Origin: Eledone cirrhosa
Taxonomy: Eukaryota
Direction: 5' to 3'
DNA length: 64,000 bases
Assembly (NCBI GenBank): GCA_964016885.1
Contig: OZ024744.1
Coordinates: 72,540,001-72,604,000, forward strand
Shown one piece after another: positions 39,717-49,002 of this stretch. Within the stretch, counting starts at the first letter, position 1. Every line of letters begins with the position of its first letter. Under the pieces are notes generated by a model. That model made no database searches. It was not told the origin of the DNA and saw nothing but the letters and a program-made list of their open reading frames with translations. The position numbers were made by a program, and so were the translations under genes.

Positions 39717-40546
39717 TGGCCATGTTCGATATGCAGAAAAGGAACTGGCATAAATTCTATAAAATGCACACAATGCAGGTCCTGGGTACACAAGAGATGT
39801 AGCGGGATAGCAGGCAAACTAACAGGTAGGGAGAAATATGTATGCAGTAAATGTACAGGGAAATTAGACAGTAGAAGTCGCACTGATAGACACATTTTTC
39901 AAATGCGAGAGGGCGCTATAGAAGTGGTGGATAGCTTCCGGTACCTAGGAGATCAGATTAGCATGGGAGGAGGGTGTTCCGAGGCCATAGTATCTAGAAT
40001 AAGGACGGGTTGGAAGAAGTTTAGGGAGCTGCTTCCTCTGTTGACGAAGAAGGGTTTCTCCCTGCGTACGAAAGGCCGGTTGTATGATGCCTGTGTGAGG
40101 AGCGCGATGCTGCATGGTAGTGAGACATGGGCAGCAACCGCAGAAGATATGCGACGGCTGGAGAGAAATGAGGCAAGCATGCTCCGTTGGATGTGCAGTG
40201 TAAATGTGCGTGAACGACCCAGCATAAATGTGTTGAGAGAGAAACTGTGTCTGAGAGGGATAGAATGTAGTGTACGGGAGAGGAGACTGAGGTGGTATGG
40301 ACATGTGATGCGCATGGAGGATGACCGATGGGTGAAGAAGTGCCAGGAAATGCCAGTTGAAGGAAGACGTGGTAGAGGTAGACCACGAAAAACATGGGCG
40401 GAGGTGGTGAGAACAGACCTCAGATCATTGAAGCTCACGGTGGAGATGACGAGGGACCGTGACGAGTGGAGAGATGCTGTGCTGAATAAGATCCGTCCCA
40501 CCCTTGCAAGCATGGAAAAGCGGACGTAAAATGATGATGATGATGA
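39717..40546 (+). mobile_element. RTE LINE family B, 3' fragment starting at the PHD finger
   Basis: Open frame 39717-40529: [28 protein letters not shown]...[15 protein letters not shown]...[25 protein letters not shown]. (GAT)n tail; (TA)n on both flanks. Confidence 0.9.
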
Positions 40547-40699
40547 TATATATATATCCATATATATATATATATATATATATCCATATATATATATATA
40601 TATAACTTTGAATAACTTTGAATAACTTTGAAATGTTTTGGCCAGTATTGGCCCAGGCCATGTCTAACTTAATAGCACCACCTGGCGAAGTCTTTCAAT

Positions 40700-43600
40700 T
40701 CAGGATTTGGGCACCATGGCCCATTCGAGAAGAGAATTACTGTTTGCGGAGACATATCCGGGTGTGGGTGGTTTGTCCGGGATTACTTGGAGGAATTTGT
40801 CCAAAGACTTCTTGAATTTTGTGTGGTCAGTTTCTGTTTTGACGTGTCCTGGTGTGATGTTGAAGAGAGCAGGGCCGATTGAGGTGAAATAATTGTGCCG
40901 TATTGTTGTTATGAGTTGCGATTTAGATTTTTGAATGGGACGGATAGCACGGGGCCCAAGCCTTGGGTGTATCTTGAAGGCGATGCCAACATCATTTGGG
41001 CAGTGATGATGGAACATTTTCCACATCATGCAGATAATATAACGCTCACGGCGACGTTGGAGTGAGTAAAGTTTCAGGTTTTCCAATCGACCCCAGTAGT
41101 CAAGGTCTGACATGCCATCTATCTTTTTCGTGATTGCCCTTTGAGGAGCTTCAAGTTTCATGATACTTTGTTTCGTGTGGGGAGACCACAGTGGACAACA
41201 GTATTCAAGGTGTGGTCGGGCGAAAGTAGAGAAGAGAAGGATAATGGTGCGGGAATCTCTCGACTGGAAGGTTCTGAGGATCCAGGAACACATTCTGCGG
41301 GCCATGTCAACTTTGCTGCTTATATGCGTGGTCCAGCTTATGTTGCTGTCCACGGTTACTCCCAAGTCTCTGATGTTGTTAGATGCCACGAGAGTTTCCC
41401 CGGAGGGAAGGGAGTACGGGAGTTTCAGAGCATCCTCTTTTCCAAAGTGGATCAGTTCGAATTTGTCTTCGTTCAGTAACATGTTGTTCTTTTCTGCCCA
41501 TTGGGTAACAGCCAGTAGGTCTGACTGAAGGCTTATCCGGTCATCCACGCCATTGATGACCTTTTGGAGCTTGGAATCATCAGCGAAAATTTTAATGTTG
41601 CTGTGTTTGATGATGTCAGTGATGTCATTAATATAGATGATGAAGAGAAGTGGGCCCAACACAGTGCCTTGTGGGACTCCACTACTGACTTTGGCTGGGC
41701 TTGATTTGACTCCCTCAACTACAACATGTTGGGTTCTGTTTGACAGGAAGCTCTTGATCCACTGCAGCAGCTTTCCAGTGACACCAATATTGGACAGCTT
41801 TCTCAGTAGAATGTTATGATCAACCCTGTCAAAGGCCTTGCTGAAGTCAAGGTAGATAACATCAGTGTTGGAACCCTCTCCCAAGGCTCTCAAAATGTCA
41901 TCAAAGTGATGCAGTAGTTGCGTCAGGCAATCCCTTCCATTACGGAATCCATGCTGGTTGGAGTTCAGCATATTGTTACTCTCAAGGAAGTGGGTCATTC
42001 GCGATCTCACCACTCGCTCAAATACCTTAATGATATGAGAGGTGAGTGAGATTGGACGGTAATTCACGGCAAGGGATTTGTTTCCCTTTTTGAAAACTGG
42101 GACAACAGACTGGGATAGAAGGTTTTCTGGCACATATCCAGCATCCAGTGAGTTCCGCCACAGATTGGCAAGAGGAGAAGCAAGTTGGTGTTGACACGCC
42201 TTCAAGACACAAGCAGGGAACCTATCGGGACCTACTGCTGAATTATGCTTGATTTCCTTTATTGCCGCCAAGACATCAGGGGCGCCAAACGTTATGTCCG
42301 ATAAGGTGTAATGGGGAGTAACATCGCCGATACAGCCCAGATCGGCCATATCAGGATTGCTGAAAACAGAGCAGTATTGTTTCTGCAGTATCTCACCCAT
42401 GGTTTTAGCATTGTCCTGAAGAGTGCCATTTTCATCAATTAGAGGGCCAACAGTAGAGCCAGTGATTTTGTGTTTTTTTGCAAATGAAAAGAACACTTTG
42501 GGATTGAGTTTGATCTTCTCAATGGCCCAGGCCTCTTCAGCTCTTCTCTGATTGTTGATGAGGGACATTATGTTGTTTTGGAGGTTATGTTTTTTAATCT
42601 CTAGTGATGAAATGGCAGTCAAGTTGATGTGTTGCTGCTGACAGTATTTCAGATTGTTGATTTTTTTGTTCGTTCTCTTAATTTTTCTGATGAGCGTTTT
42701 TCTATTTCTAGGGATTCTGCTCTTAGATTTGTTTATAGTTCTTAATGGGGTGTGTTTAGCACATATGTTTGTAACAGTGTCCACAAATGTCTGCCAGGAC
42801 TTTTTGATGTTAGTGGGTGTATGAGTGTGCGTGAAGGACCAGTCGACATGTGCAAGATCATGACTGATCGCTTCCCAGTTTGCATTGTGGAAATCCATAG
42901 CGTCAAACGGATGGACAGGAGAAATGACATTGGGTTTGTATATTGGACGGTGGAATCTCAGATCACAGAGAACCATGTCATGATCAGAGATTAGAGTTTT
43001 CTCCACTGCAATATTGTGGATATTGTCAGTGTGATTGCTGAAAATTAAGTCTAGGACGTTTTTGTGGCACCTCGTTGGTTCGAGCCCTAGTTGGGATAGG
43101 AAGAAATCATCCATGAAGTCAAGAAGCGATTCCACAGCTTCCCTGTCAGAGGTTGAGGCAGAAGAACCTGGTGGCAGGGTGTTTGTGGACCAGTCAACTC
43201 CGGGGAGGTTGAAGTCCCCCATCATTAAGATGTTGTCAGGGTGACATTCTTGGATGAAACACTTTATGCTGTTGAGGCATTCCTTGAAGCATGGTACAGG
43301 TGTTTGGGGTGGCCTATAGAGCCCAACTACTAATAGGTTGTTGGTTTGACTGAATACAGTGACTGCCTCACAGTATCCATTAGTGAATATGTTCATAGCC
43401 TCTGTTGAGAAAGAATTATGGACATAAATGGCAGTTCCGCCCTTTCTTCTGCCAGCGCGATCAGCACGGATGGCTTTGAAATTTTTCACTTTCACCTCGG
43501 CTTCCAAGTGGAGGTTACTGAGATGGGTTTCAGTGAGGACGAAGAAAGGGATGTGGTTTGGATGGACATCAATCCAGTCCTCCAGGAATTTGATCTTCCA

Positions 43601-43720
43601 TTTTTGAGTATTGGTGGAAGGGCTGATGCCTTGGGCGTTAAGCAAAAATGTAGAGGCGAGAGTGGATGGTTTTAATTGTTTTGGTGTGTTGTTAATTTGT
43701 TTGTTTGTTAATGGCAGCAA
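40700..43720 (-). CDS. ORF2: APE endonuclease + reverse transcriptase (uninterrupted, ~1000 aa, no N-terminal AUG)
   Basis: Motifs LTETHL, YRPP, MGDFNLP, LDLIF, SDHD, NYRPISLTS, QHGFR, YLDFSKAFDRVDH, GVPQGTVLGPLLF, FADD, RPHLEYC, LYSLQRRRER. Confidence 0.93.
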   Translation of the reverse strand: MLPLTNKQINNTPKQLKPSTLASTFLLNAQGISPSTNTQKWKIKFLEDWIDVHPNHIPFFVLTETHLSNLHLEAEVKVKNFKAIRADRAGRRKGGTAIYVHNSFSTEAMNIFTNGYCEAVTVFSQTNNLLVVGLYRPPQTPVPCFKECLNSIKCFIQECHPDNILMMGDFNLPGVDWSTNTLPPGSSASTSDREAVESLLDFMDDFFLSQLGLEPTRCHKNVLDLIFSNHTDNIHNIAVEKTLISDHDMVLCDLRFHRPIYKPNVISPVHPFDAMDFHNANWEAISHDLAHVDWSFTHTHTPTNIKKSWQTFVDTVTNICAKHTPLRTINKSKSRIPRNRKTLIRKIKRTNKKINNLKYCQQQHINLTAISSLEIKKHNLQNNIMSLINNQRRAEEAWAIEKIKLNPKVFFSFAKKHKITGSTVGPLIDENGTLQDNAKTMGEILQKQYCSVFSNPDMADLGCIGDVTPHYTLSDITFGAPDVLAAIKEIKHNSAVGPDRFPACVLKACQHQLASPLANLWRNSLDAGYVPENLLSQSVVPVFKKGNKSLAVNYRPISLTSHIIKVFERVVRSRMTHFLESNNMLNSNQHGFRNGRDCLTQLLHHFDDILRALGEGSNTDVIYLDFSKAFDRVDHNILLRKLSNIGVTGKLLQWIKSFLSNRTQHVVVEGVKSSPAKVSSGVPQGTVLGPLLFIIYINDITDIIKHSNIKIFADDSKLQKVINGVDDRISLQSDLLAVTQWAEKNNMLLNEDKFELIHFGKEDALKLPYSLPSGETLVASNNIRDLGVTVDSNISWTTHISSKVDMARRMCSWILRTFQSRDSRTIILLFSTFARPHLEYCCPLWSPHTKQSIMKLEAPQRAITKKIDGMSDLDYWGRLENLKLYSLQRRRERYIICMMWKMFHHHCPNDVGIAFKIHPRLGPRAIRPIQKSKSQLITTIRHNYFTSIGPALFNITPGHVKTETDHTKFKKSLDKFLQVIPDKPPTPGYVSANSNSLLEWAMVPKS

Positions 43721-44415
43721 TGGGAGTTTGTGCAGTGGGGTGATAGTGGAGGGTGGTGCTGGGTGATAGCTCGAATGTTTTTTTCCAGTTCTTTTGCCAG
43801 ATTCATTATGGCTAAAAAAGAGGAAGAAGTTTCCTGTTTAGAAGACTGTTGGTGACTGTGGTAGTGGTTATTTTTATGTAGGTTATGGTTTTTGTTTTTG
43901 CTTTTATTTTTAATTTTATTTTCATTTATCCGACGGGTCCCCGGGAGATGGGTCAAGGGACAATCCCGGTCTAAACACAATCTGTCTCGCAGGGAAAAAC
44001 GGCAGATTTGTGGATTCCTTGTTTGAGTTATTGGTGGTTGTGTTGGTGTTAAATTAGAGTATGTATTATGGTGGTGGCTGTTTGTGGGGATAGATCGTTT
44101 TGTCCTAGGTAAATGGGTGAATTTGCAGCCACTATCCGTACATATTCTATAGCGTAGAGAGTAGCGGCAAATGATGGGGTTTCGAGTGGGTGGGTATGTG
44201 GGTGTGGGTGTTGTGAGAGGTGTAGATGATGGTTTGGGTAGGATTTGACGACCTTTGTGGACTGTGGGAGGGAGAGTTCTTGTTCTGGTATTAGAAGGTA
44301 AATTCCTTGACATAGCAGTAGACAAATGTTGTAGTAGTAGTAGTAGTAGTAGGCAGAGATGTTGGCAGTGGTGATGATTGGACTGCTGGGCCAGAGAAAG
44401 GATGTGGCGTTTCAT
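43708..44415 (-). CDS. ORF1 part with two CCCH zinc fingers
   Basis: ICRYSLRYRICTDSGCKFTH and ICRFSLRDRLCLDRDCPLTH (C-x8-C-x4-C-x3-H). Confidence 0.75.
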   Translation of the reverse strand: MKRHILSLAQQSNHHHCQHLCLLLLLLLQHLSTAMSRNLPSNTRTRTLPPTVHKGRQILPKPSSTPLTTPTPTYPPTRNPIICRYSLRYRICTDSGCKFTHLPRTKRSIPTNSHHHNTYSNLTPTQPPITQTRNPQICRFSLRDRLCLDRDCPLTHLPGTRRINENKIKNKSKNKNHNLHKNNHYHSHQQSSKQETSSSFLAIMNLAKELEKNIRAITQHHPPLSPHCTNSHCCH

Positions 44416-44872
44416 GCTGTGAGACAGAGGCTACTGGGGGGTCAATAGTTTCATTTAGTAGATCGGCCATTGTTGATGAATCAAGGAGTGGTTCACACTG
44501 TTGTTGTTGTTGTTGCTGTTGTTGATGTTGTTGTTGTAGCTGTTGTTGATGTTGTTGTTGTAGCTGTTGTTGTTGTTGCTGTTGTAGCTGCTGTTGTTGT
44601 TGTTGCTGCTGCTGGACAGCATTCGAAGAGAAAACACACCGTAGTTTATCCAAATGTTTATTGATTAATTTAAAAGCAATTTCGATTTGCTTTAATTTAT
44701 TTTGAATCTGTTGTTCAGATCGAGTTTTCAAAAATTGAACTGTACGTTTAGCAATGTCGTTCAGAGATGAAGCATCTATATTTTCTGTTTGGGAAAGGCA
44801 ATGCCATGTGTTTATTAGAATGTCGATTTCATTATCAGACCAGTTCTGTTTGGATTTTTGCTGGTTAGCCAT
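44291..44872 (-). CDS. Upstream ORF: Myb/SANT-like helix bundle + polyglutamine
   Basis: NWSDNEIDILINTW...LNDIAKR..RSEQQIQNKLKQI followed by a Q-rich tract. Confidence 0.6.
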   Translation of the reverse strand: MANQQKSKQNWSDNEIDILINTWHCLSQTENIDASSLNDIAKRTVQFLKTRSEQQIQNKLKQIEIAFKLINKHLDKLRCVFSSNAVQQQQQQQQQLQQQQQQQLQQQHQQQLQQQHQQQQQQQQQCEPLLDSSTMADLLNETIDPPVASVSQHETPHPFSGPAVQSSPLPTSLPTTTTTTTTFVYCYVKEFTF

Positions 44873-44991
44873 TCTAGTTTTGAGTGTGTGTGTGTTTTAG
44901 TTAAGTATTTCAATATATATATATTTTTTTTTAAAATTTATTTTTGATTTATTTTTGTTTTTTGTTTTTCTTGTGTGTGAGTGAGAAGCGT

Positions 44992-47900
44992 ATCATCATC
45001 ATCATCATCATCATCAACGTTTAACGTCCGTGTTCCACGCTTGCATGGGTTTGGACGGGGGTAGTCCCACTTGAGGCAAGAGTGATTGTCTTGCTCGCAT
45101 AGGACTGTCTGGCAGGTTTTCTACAGTTGGATGCCCTTCCTAACACCAACCACATTTACAGTGTGGGTCTGGGAGGTTTTTACCGTGTTGCCTACATGGC
45201 CACATTACAGCGTGGACTGTGTGTTTTTTTTGTCGTGACACCTACACGATCTCATTTGTTTCGGCCTCGATGGCGCGGCACCAACATAACTTTACATAGA
45301 ACAGGGTGGTGTGGATCGGGTGGGGGTGGGGGTGGTGGGACGGGGTGTATTTTGTTAGAGATGCCTACTGGCTGGAGTAGGTTTTACTATATATTTAGGT
45401 AAGGCGGGTCTTCTCTGTTACTGAGTACCGCCAAAGGTCTCGGTCCAGTGACATTGTCTTGGAGAGGTGTAAGTGTGTGATGTCGGAGTTTATCAGCTCG
45501 TCCCAGGTTTTTCTAGGTCTGCCTATTCCGTGACTACCGTCTATCTTTATTGCCCTGCACTTTGTTATACAGCTATCGACTTTCATGCGCATCACGTGTC
45601 CATACCAACGTAGCCTTCTCTCGAGTAAACAACATCTGATCCCTCTTATCTCTAATTTTTTCCTTAGTTCGTTTATGCTTTGCCGTTCACGTATATTACT
45701 GTTACACATCCAGCGGAGCATGCAAGCTTCGTTCCTCTCTAGTCTGCGTATATCCTCTGCACACAATGCCCAGGTCTCACTGCCATGCAGCATTGCTGTT
45801 CGTATGCAGGCATCGTACAACCTGCCTTTCATTTTTAGTGAGAACCCTTTAGCAGCTAATAGTGGTATAAGCTCTCTGAACTTTTTCCAACCAGTTCTGA
45901 CTCTAGCTACAGTACTTTCAGAGCACCCTCCCCCACTGCTGATTTTATCGCCCAGGTAACGGAAGCTGTCCACTATTTCTATAGAACCCTCTGCGCAATT
46001 GAAAGAGCTAGTAGTTTGTGGGCACTTGCTGCTACTTATTGCACCAGAGCACCGGCCACATGTAAAATCTATGTTCTTAGTTAGCTTACCTGTGATCCCA
46101 CTACATCTTTTATGCACCCATACTTTGCATTTAGGACATAAAATGGAGTTTCTACCTACGCCTTTCCTACACACCGAGCACGACCATTTCCCAGAAGGGA
46201 CCGCCGCCTTGTTTTCTTTCCTACAAACTAGTACTTTGGTCTTAGCCAGGTTAATTTTAAGTCCTTTTGACTCTAGGCCGTGCTTCCATGTTTGGAATTT
46301 CTTCTCTAGCTCGGCCATTGATTCCGCTATGAGTGTCAGGTCGTCTGCGTATAGGAGTTCCCATGGGCAGCCTGTCTTGAACTCCTCTGTTATAGCCTGA
46401 AGGGCAATAATAAATAGTAGTGGACTGAGAACAGAGCCCTGATGGACGCCAACTTTTACGCTAAACTCTTCACTATATTCGTTGTTAATTCTAACCTTGC
46501 TGACTGTTTCTTTATACATGGCTTGTATAGCCCTCACAAGCCATTCGTCAACGCCTAGTTTTCTAAGAGCCCACCAGATAATGGAGCGGGGGACTCTGTC
46601 GAAGGCTTTCTCCAAGTCGACAAAAGCTAAGTAGAGGGGTTTACCTTTAGCTAGGTACTTCTCCTGTAGTTGTCGTACTATGAAAAGAGCGTCTGTGGTA
46701 CTTTTGCCTGACACAAACCCGAACTGCATTTCATCTAGGTCAATTCTCTCTCTGATTAGTTGCGCTATTACTCTTTCCGTGACCTTCATGACCTGGTCGA
46801 TTAATTTAATGCCTCTATAGCTACTCCTATCTAGTGCGTCTCCTTTACCCTTATAACAGTTAACGATGATGCTGCTATGCCAGTCCTTCGGAACAACCCC
46901 ATTCTGTACGACTTGGTTAACTATGCGGGTGACCATGGTGTGTCCCACCGTGCCAGATGCCTTCAGCATCTCAGCAACTATTTCCGAAGGCCCAGCCGCC
47001 TTACCAGTCTTCATATCCTTGATTGCCTTACTTATTATACTCCCCTCGACTAACACTGCTGGTCCCTCTATTGGGTCGATATGGGGGAGACTGCCTTTCT
47101 CCCAATTATTCTCCTCATTTAGAAGCCTTTCATAGTGACACTTCCAAGCTACCTTCTTATCAGCGTCGGTGATGGCAAGTGTGCCATCGTCGTTTAGTAC
47201 ACACTTCTCCCCGACAATATCACGGTTTTCCTTGACGCATTGCCTAGCAATCCTGAACACCTCACGTTTTTGGTCATCGCGTTGTAGAACATGCTTGAAC
47301 TTTCTTTCCTCAGCTTCCCTTCTTGCTAAGTACACTTGTCTCCTAGCTTCCCTCCTGGCCACTTGATAGTCCTCTCTACTTCCCCCATCCCGCCATACTT
47401 TCCAAGCCTGCTTTTTGGCCTTAATTGACCCCTCCACCTTACTGTTCCACCACCATGTTACTCTCCTCCTGCCTACAGGCCTGCTCCAGCCACAGACCTC
47501 GTCTGTCGCCAACAGCAGGTTTGCTTTCAGAAATTCCCACTCTCCCTCTATATTGTCCGACTCTAAATGTTCTTCCTTACTGTCGAAAGCATCAAGTAAT
47601 ATGCTTTGAAATTTATTCCTGGCTGTGGGGTCCTTTAGCTTCCATATTTTCCTCCTGAGGATAGTCCTCTTCTGTTGTCGAGTACGTCTCGTCCTGACTA
47701 TGAGGTCGCTAATTATCAGTCTATGTTGGGAGGTGCATTCTTCATGGGGGAGGGATTTAGTGTTAACAACAGACACTCTGTCACGTCTTCTGGTAAGGAT
47801 ATAATCTACCTGGCTTGTGTGTTCCCCGGATCTATAGGTGATCAGGTGATTGTCACGTTTTTTGAAGTTAGTGTTACAGATAGTTAGGTTATTTGCATCA

Positions 47901-48383
47901 CAGAATTCCAGGATTCTGGAGCCTTCCTCATTTCTAGTACCAAACCCATAGCCTCCATGGATTTCGTCGTAGCCGTCACAATGTTGTCCAACGTGACCAT
48001 TTAGGTCGCCTGCGATAATTATATAGTCACTGTCGGATATTTGGGAGGTAGTTAGCATCAGTGTCTCATAGAATCTGTCTTTTATAGTGCCGGGCAGTCC
48101 GGATTGGGGTGCGTACGCAGATATTACTGTCACCGTAGTTCTATTGAGGACAAGTCGTATTTTAATTATTCTGTCGTTCACTCTATTTACGTCTATTATC
48201 TTATCTGCCCACTTTTCTGCTACCATGATTCCTACTCCACCCAGCCCATCGTCGTTTCCCACCCAGAAAAGCTTATAACAACGTTTTTTACCCTCAATGA
48301 ACCTAGCAGACCCACCCCTCCACCTGGTCTCTTGAATACAACAAACATCGACCTCCTTACGTTCAAGCATTTCTACAACCTAT
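44992..48383 (-). mobile_element. RTE LINE family A copy A2 (almost full ORF, truncated in the first APE residues)
   Basis: 991-aa ORF, ~400-nt 3'UTR and (GAT)n tail; the 5' end runs into TA-rich sequence. Confidence 0.95.
45395..48370 (-). CDS. RTE polyprotein: APE + RT with internal C4HC3 PHD-type finger
   Basis: Motifs CCIQETRW, SAYAPQ, GDLNGHVG, SQVDYIL, SQHRL, YRGIKL, FVDLEKAFDRVPR, QGSVLSP, YADD, PHD at 46049-46180, FRYLG. Confidence 0.95.
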   Translation of the reverse strand: MLERKEVDVCCIQETRWRGGSARFIEGKKRCYKLFWVGNDDGLGGVGIMVAEKWADKIIDVNRVNDRIIKIRLVLNRTTVTVISAYAPQSGLPGTIKDRFYETLMLTTSQISDSDYIIIAGDLNGHVGQHCDGYDEIHGGYGFGTRNEEGSRILEFCDANNLTICNTNFKKRDNHLITYRSGEHTSQVDYILTRRRDRVSVVNTKSLPHEECTSQHRLIISDLIVRTRRTRQQKRTILRRKIWKLKDPTARNKFQSILLDAFDSKEEHLESDNIEGEWEFLKANLLLATDEVCGWSRPVGRRRVTWWWNSKVEGSIKAKKQAWKVWRDGGSREDYQVARREARRQVYLARREAEERKFKHVLQRDDQKREVFRIARQCVKENRDIVGEKCVLNDDGTLAITDADKKVAWKCHYERLLNEENNWEKGSLPHIDPIEGPAVLVEGSIISKAIKDMKTGKAAGPSEIVAEMLKASGTVGHTMVTRIVNQVVQNGVVPKDWHSSIIVNCYKGKGDALDRSSYRGIKLIDQVMKVTERVIAQLIRERIDLDEMQFGFVSGKSTTDALFIVRQLQEKYLAKGKPLYLAFVDLEKAFDRVPRSIIWWALRKLGVDEWLVRAIQAMYKETVSKVRINNEYSEEFSVKVGVHQGSVLSPLLFIIALQAITEEFKTGCPWELLYADDLTLIAESMAELEKKFQTWKHGLESKGLKINLAKTKVLVCRKENKAAVPSGKWSCSVCRKGVGRNSILCPKCKVWVHKRCSGITGKLTKNIDFTCGRCSGAISSSKCPQTTSSFNCAEGSIEIVDSFRYLGDKISSGGGCSESTVARVRTGWKKFRELIPLLAAKGFSLKMKGRLYDACIRTAMLHGSETWALCAEDIRRLERNEACMLRWMCNSNIRERQSINELRKKLEIRGIRCCLLERRLRWYGHVMRMKVDSCITKCRAIKIDGSHGIGRPRKTWDELINSDITHLHLSKTMSLDRDLWRYSVTEKTRLT

Positions 48384-48562
48384 GAGTATATATATATATA
48401 TGTATATTCTGGTTATTTGAAATTAATTAAGTTAATGAAAAGACGAAAGTATATAATAATAATTTGTAGTTAAAGGAAAATGTACTCACAAGTTCGTGTG
48501 TGTGTGTTTTAGTTAAGTATTTCAATATATATATATTTTTTTTTATATATATATATATATAT

Positions 48563-48602
<40 letters not shown>

Positions 48603-48627
48603 ATATATATATATATATATATATATA

Positions 48628-48952
48628 TGTCTTTCCTTTCTTCTATCCTACGCCATTTTTCTTCTATTCCTTTCGCCATTCCTTTCTTCTATTCTACGCC
48701 AAAAATGGCGTAGGATAGAAGAAAGGAAAGACACAGAAACGAAGAACGAAATCCCCAGTCACTGAAGAGGTCACAGAGTGTGTGACGAAAGAACTATGAC
48801 TATATATATATAAACAACTATCTGGTTGTGGAACCAACCAACCAACCAGAAATTTATAAATTTGTAAATTTATAAATATTTAATAAATTAAATTGAAGTG
48901 AAAGCAACTGGTGCGTGTGTTTCTTATTGGCAACATGACCCTCCCAAAGTAT

Positions 48953-48958
<6 letters not shown>
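48628..48958 (+). mobile_element. Penelope-like pLTR family A with a 33-bp 5' inverted repeat
   Basis: 48628-48660 is the exact reverse complement of 48701-48733. Contains a hammerhead, is flanked by (TA)n, and is homologous to 15345-15525 and 57822-57922. Confidence 0.7.
48757..48801 (+). ncRNA. Minimal type I hammerhead ribozyme (family A)
   Basis: AGTCA-CTGAAGA-G-GTCACA(GAGTG)TGTGAC-GAAA-GAAC-TA-TGACT; stems I and II pair perfectly. Confidence 0.75.

Positions 48959-49002
<44 letters not shown>

Larger units (their letters stand above)
40602..44991 (-). mobile_element. Near full-length CR1-group LINE with (TTCAAAGTTA)x3 tail
   Basis: 5'UTR, two upstream ORFs, an uninterrupted APE-RT ORF, a short 3'UTR and a 10-bp tandem tail running into (TA)n. 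Confidence 0.9.

Noticed and set aside
39945-48385. Antisense ORFs overlapping LINE ORFs
   Set aside because: Shadow frames of the RT genes with no independent motifs.
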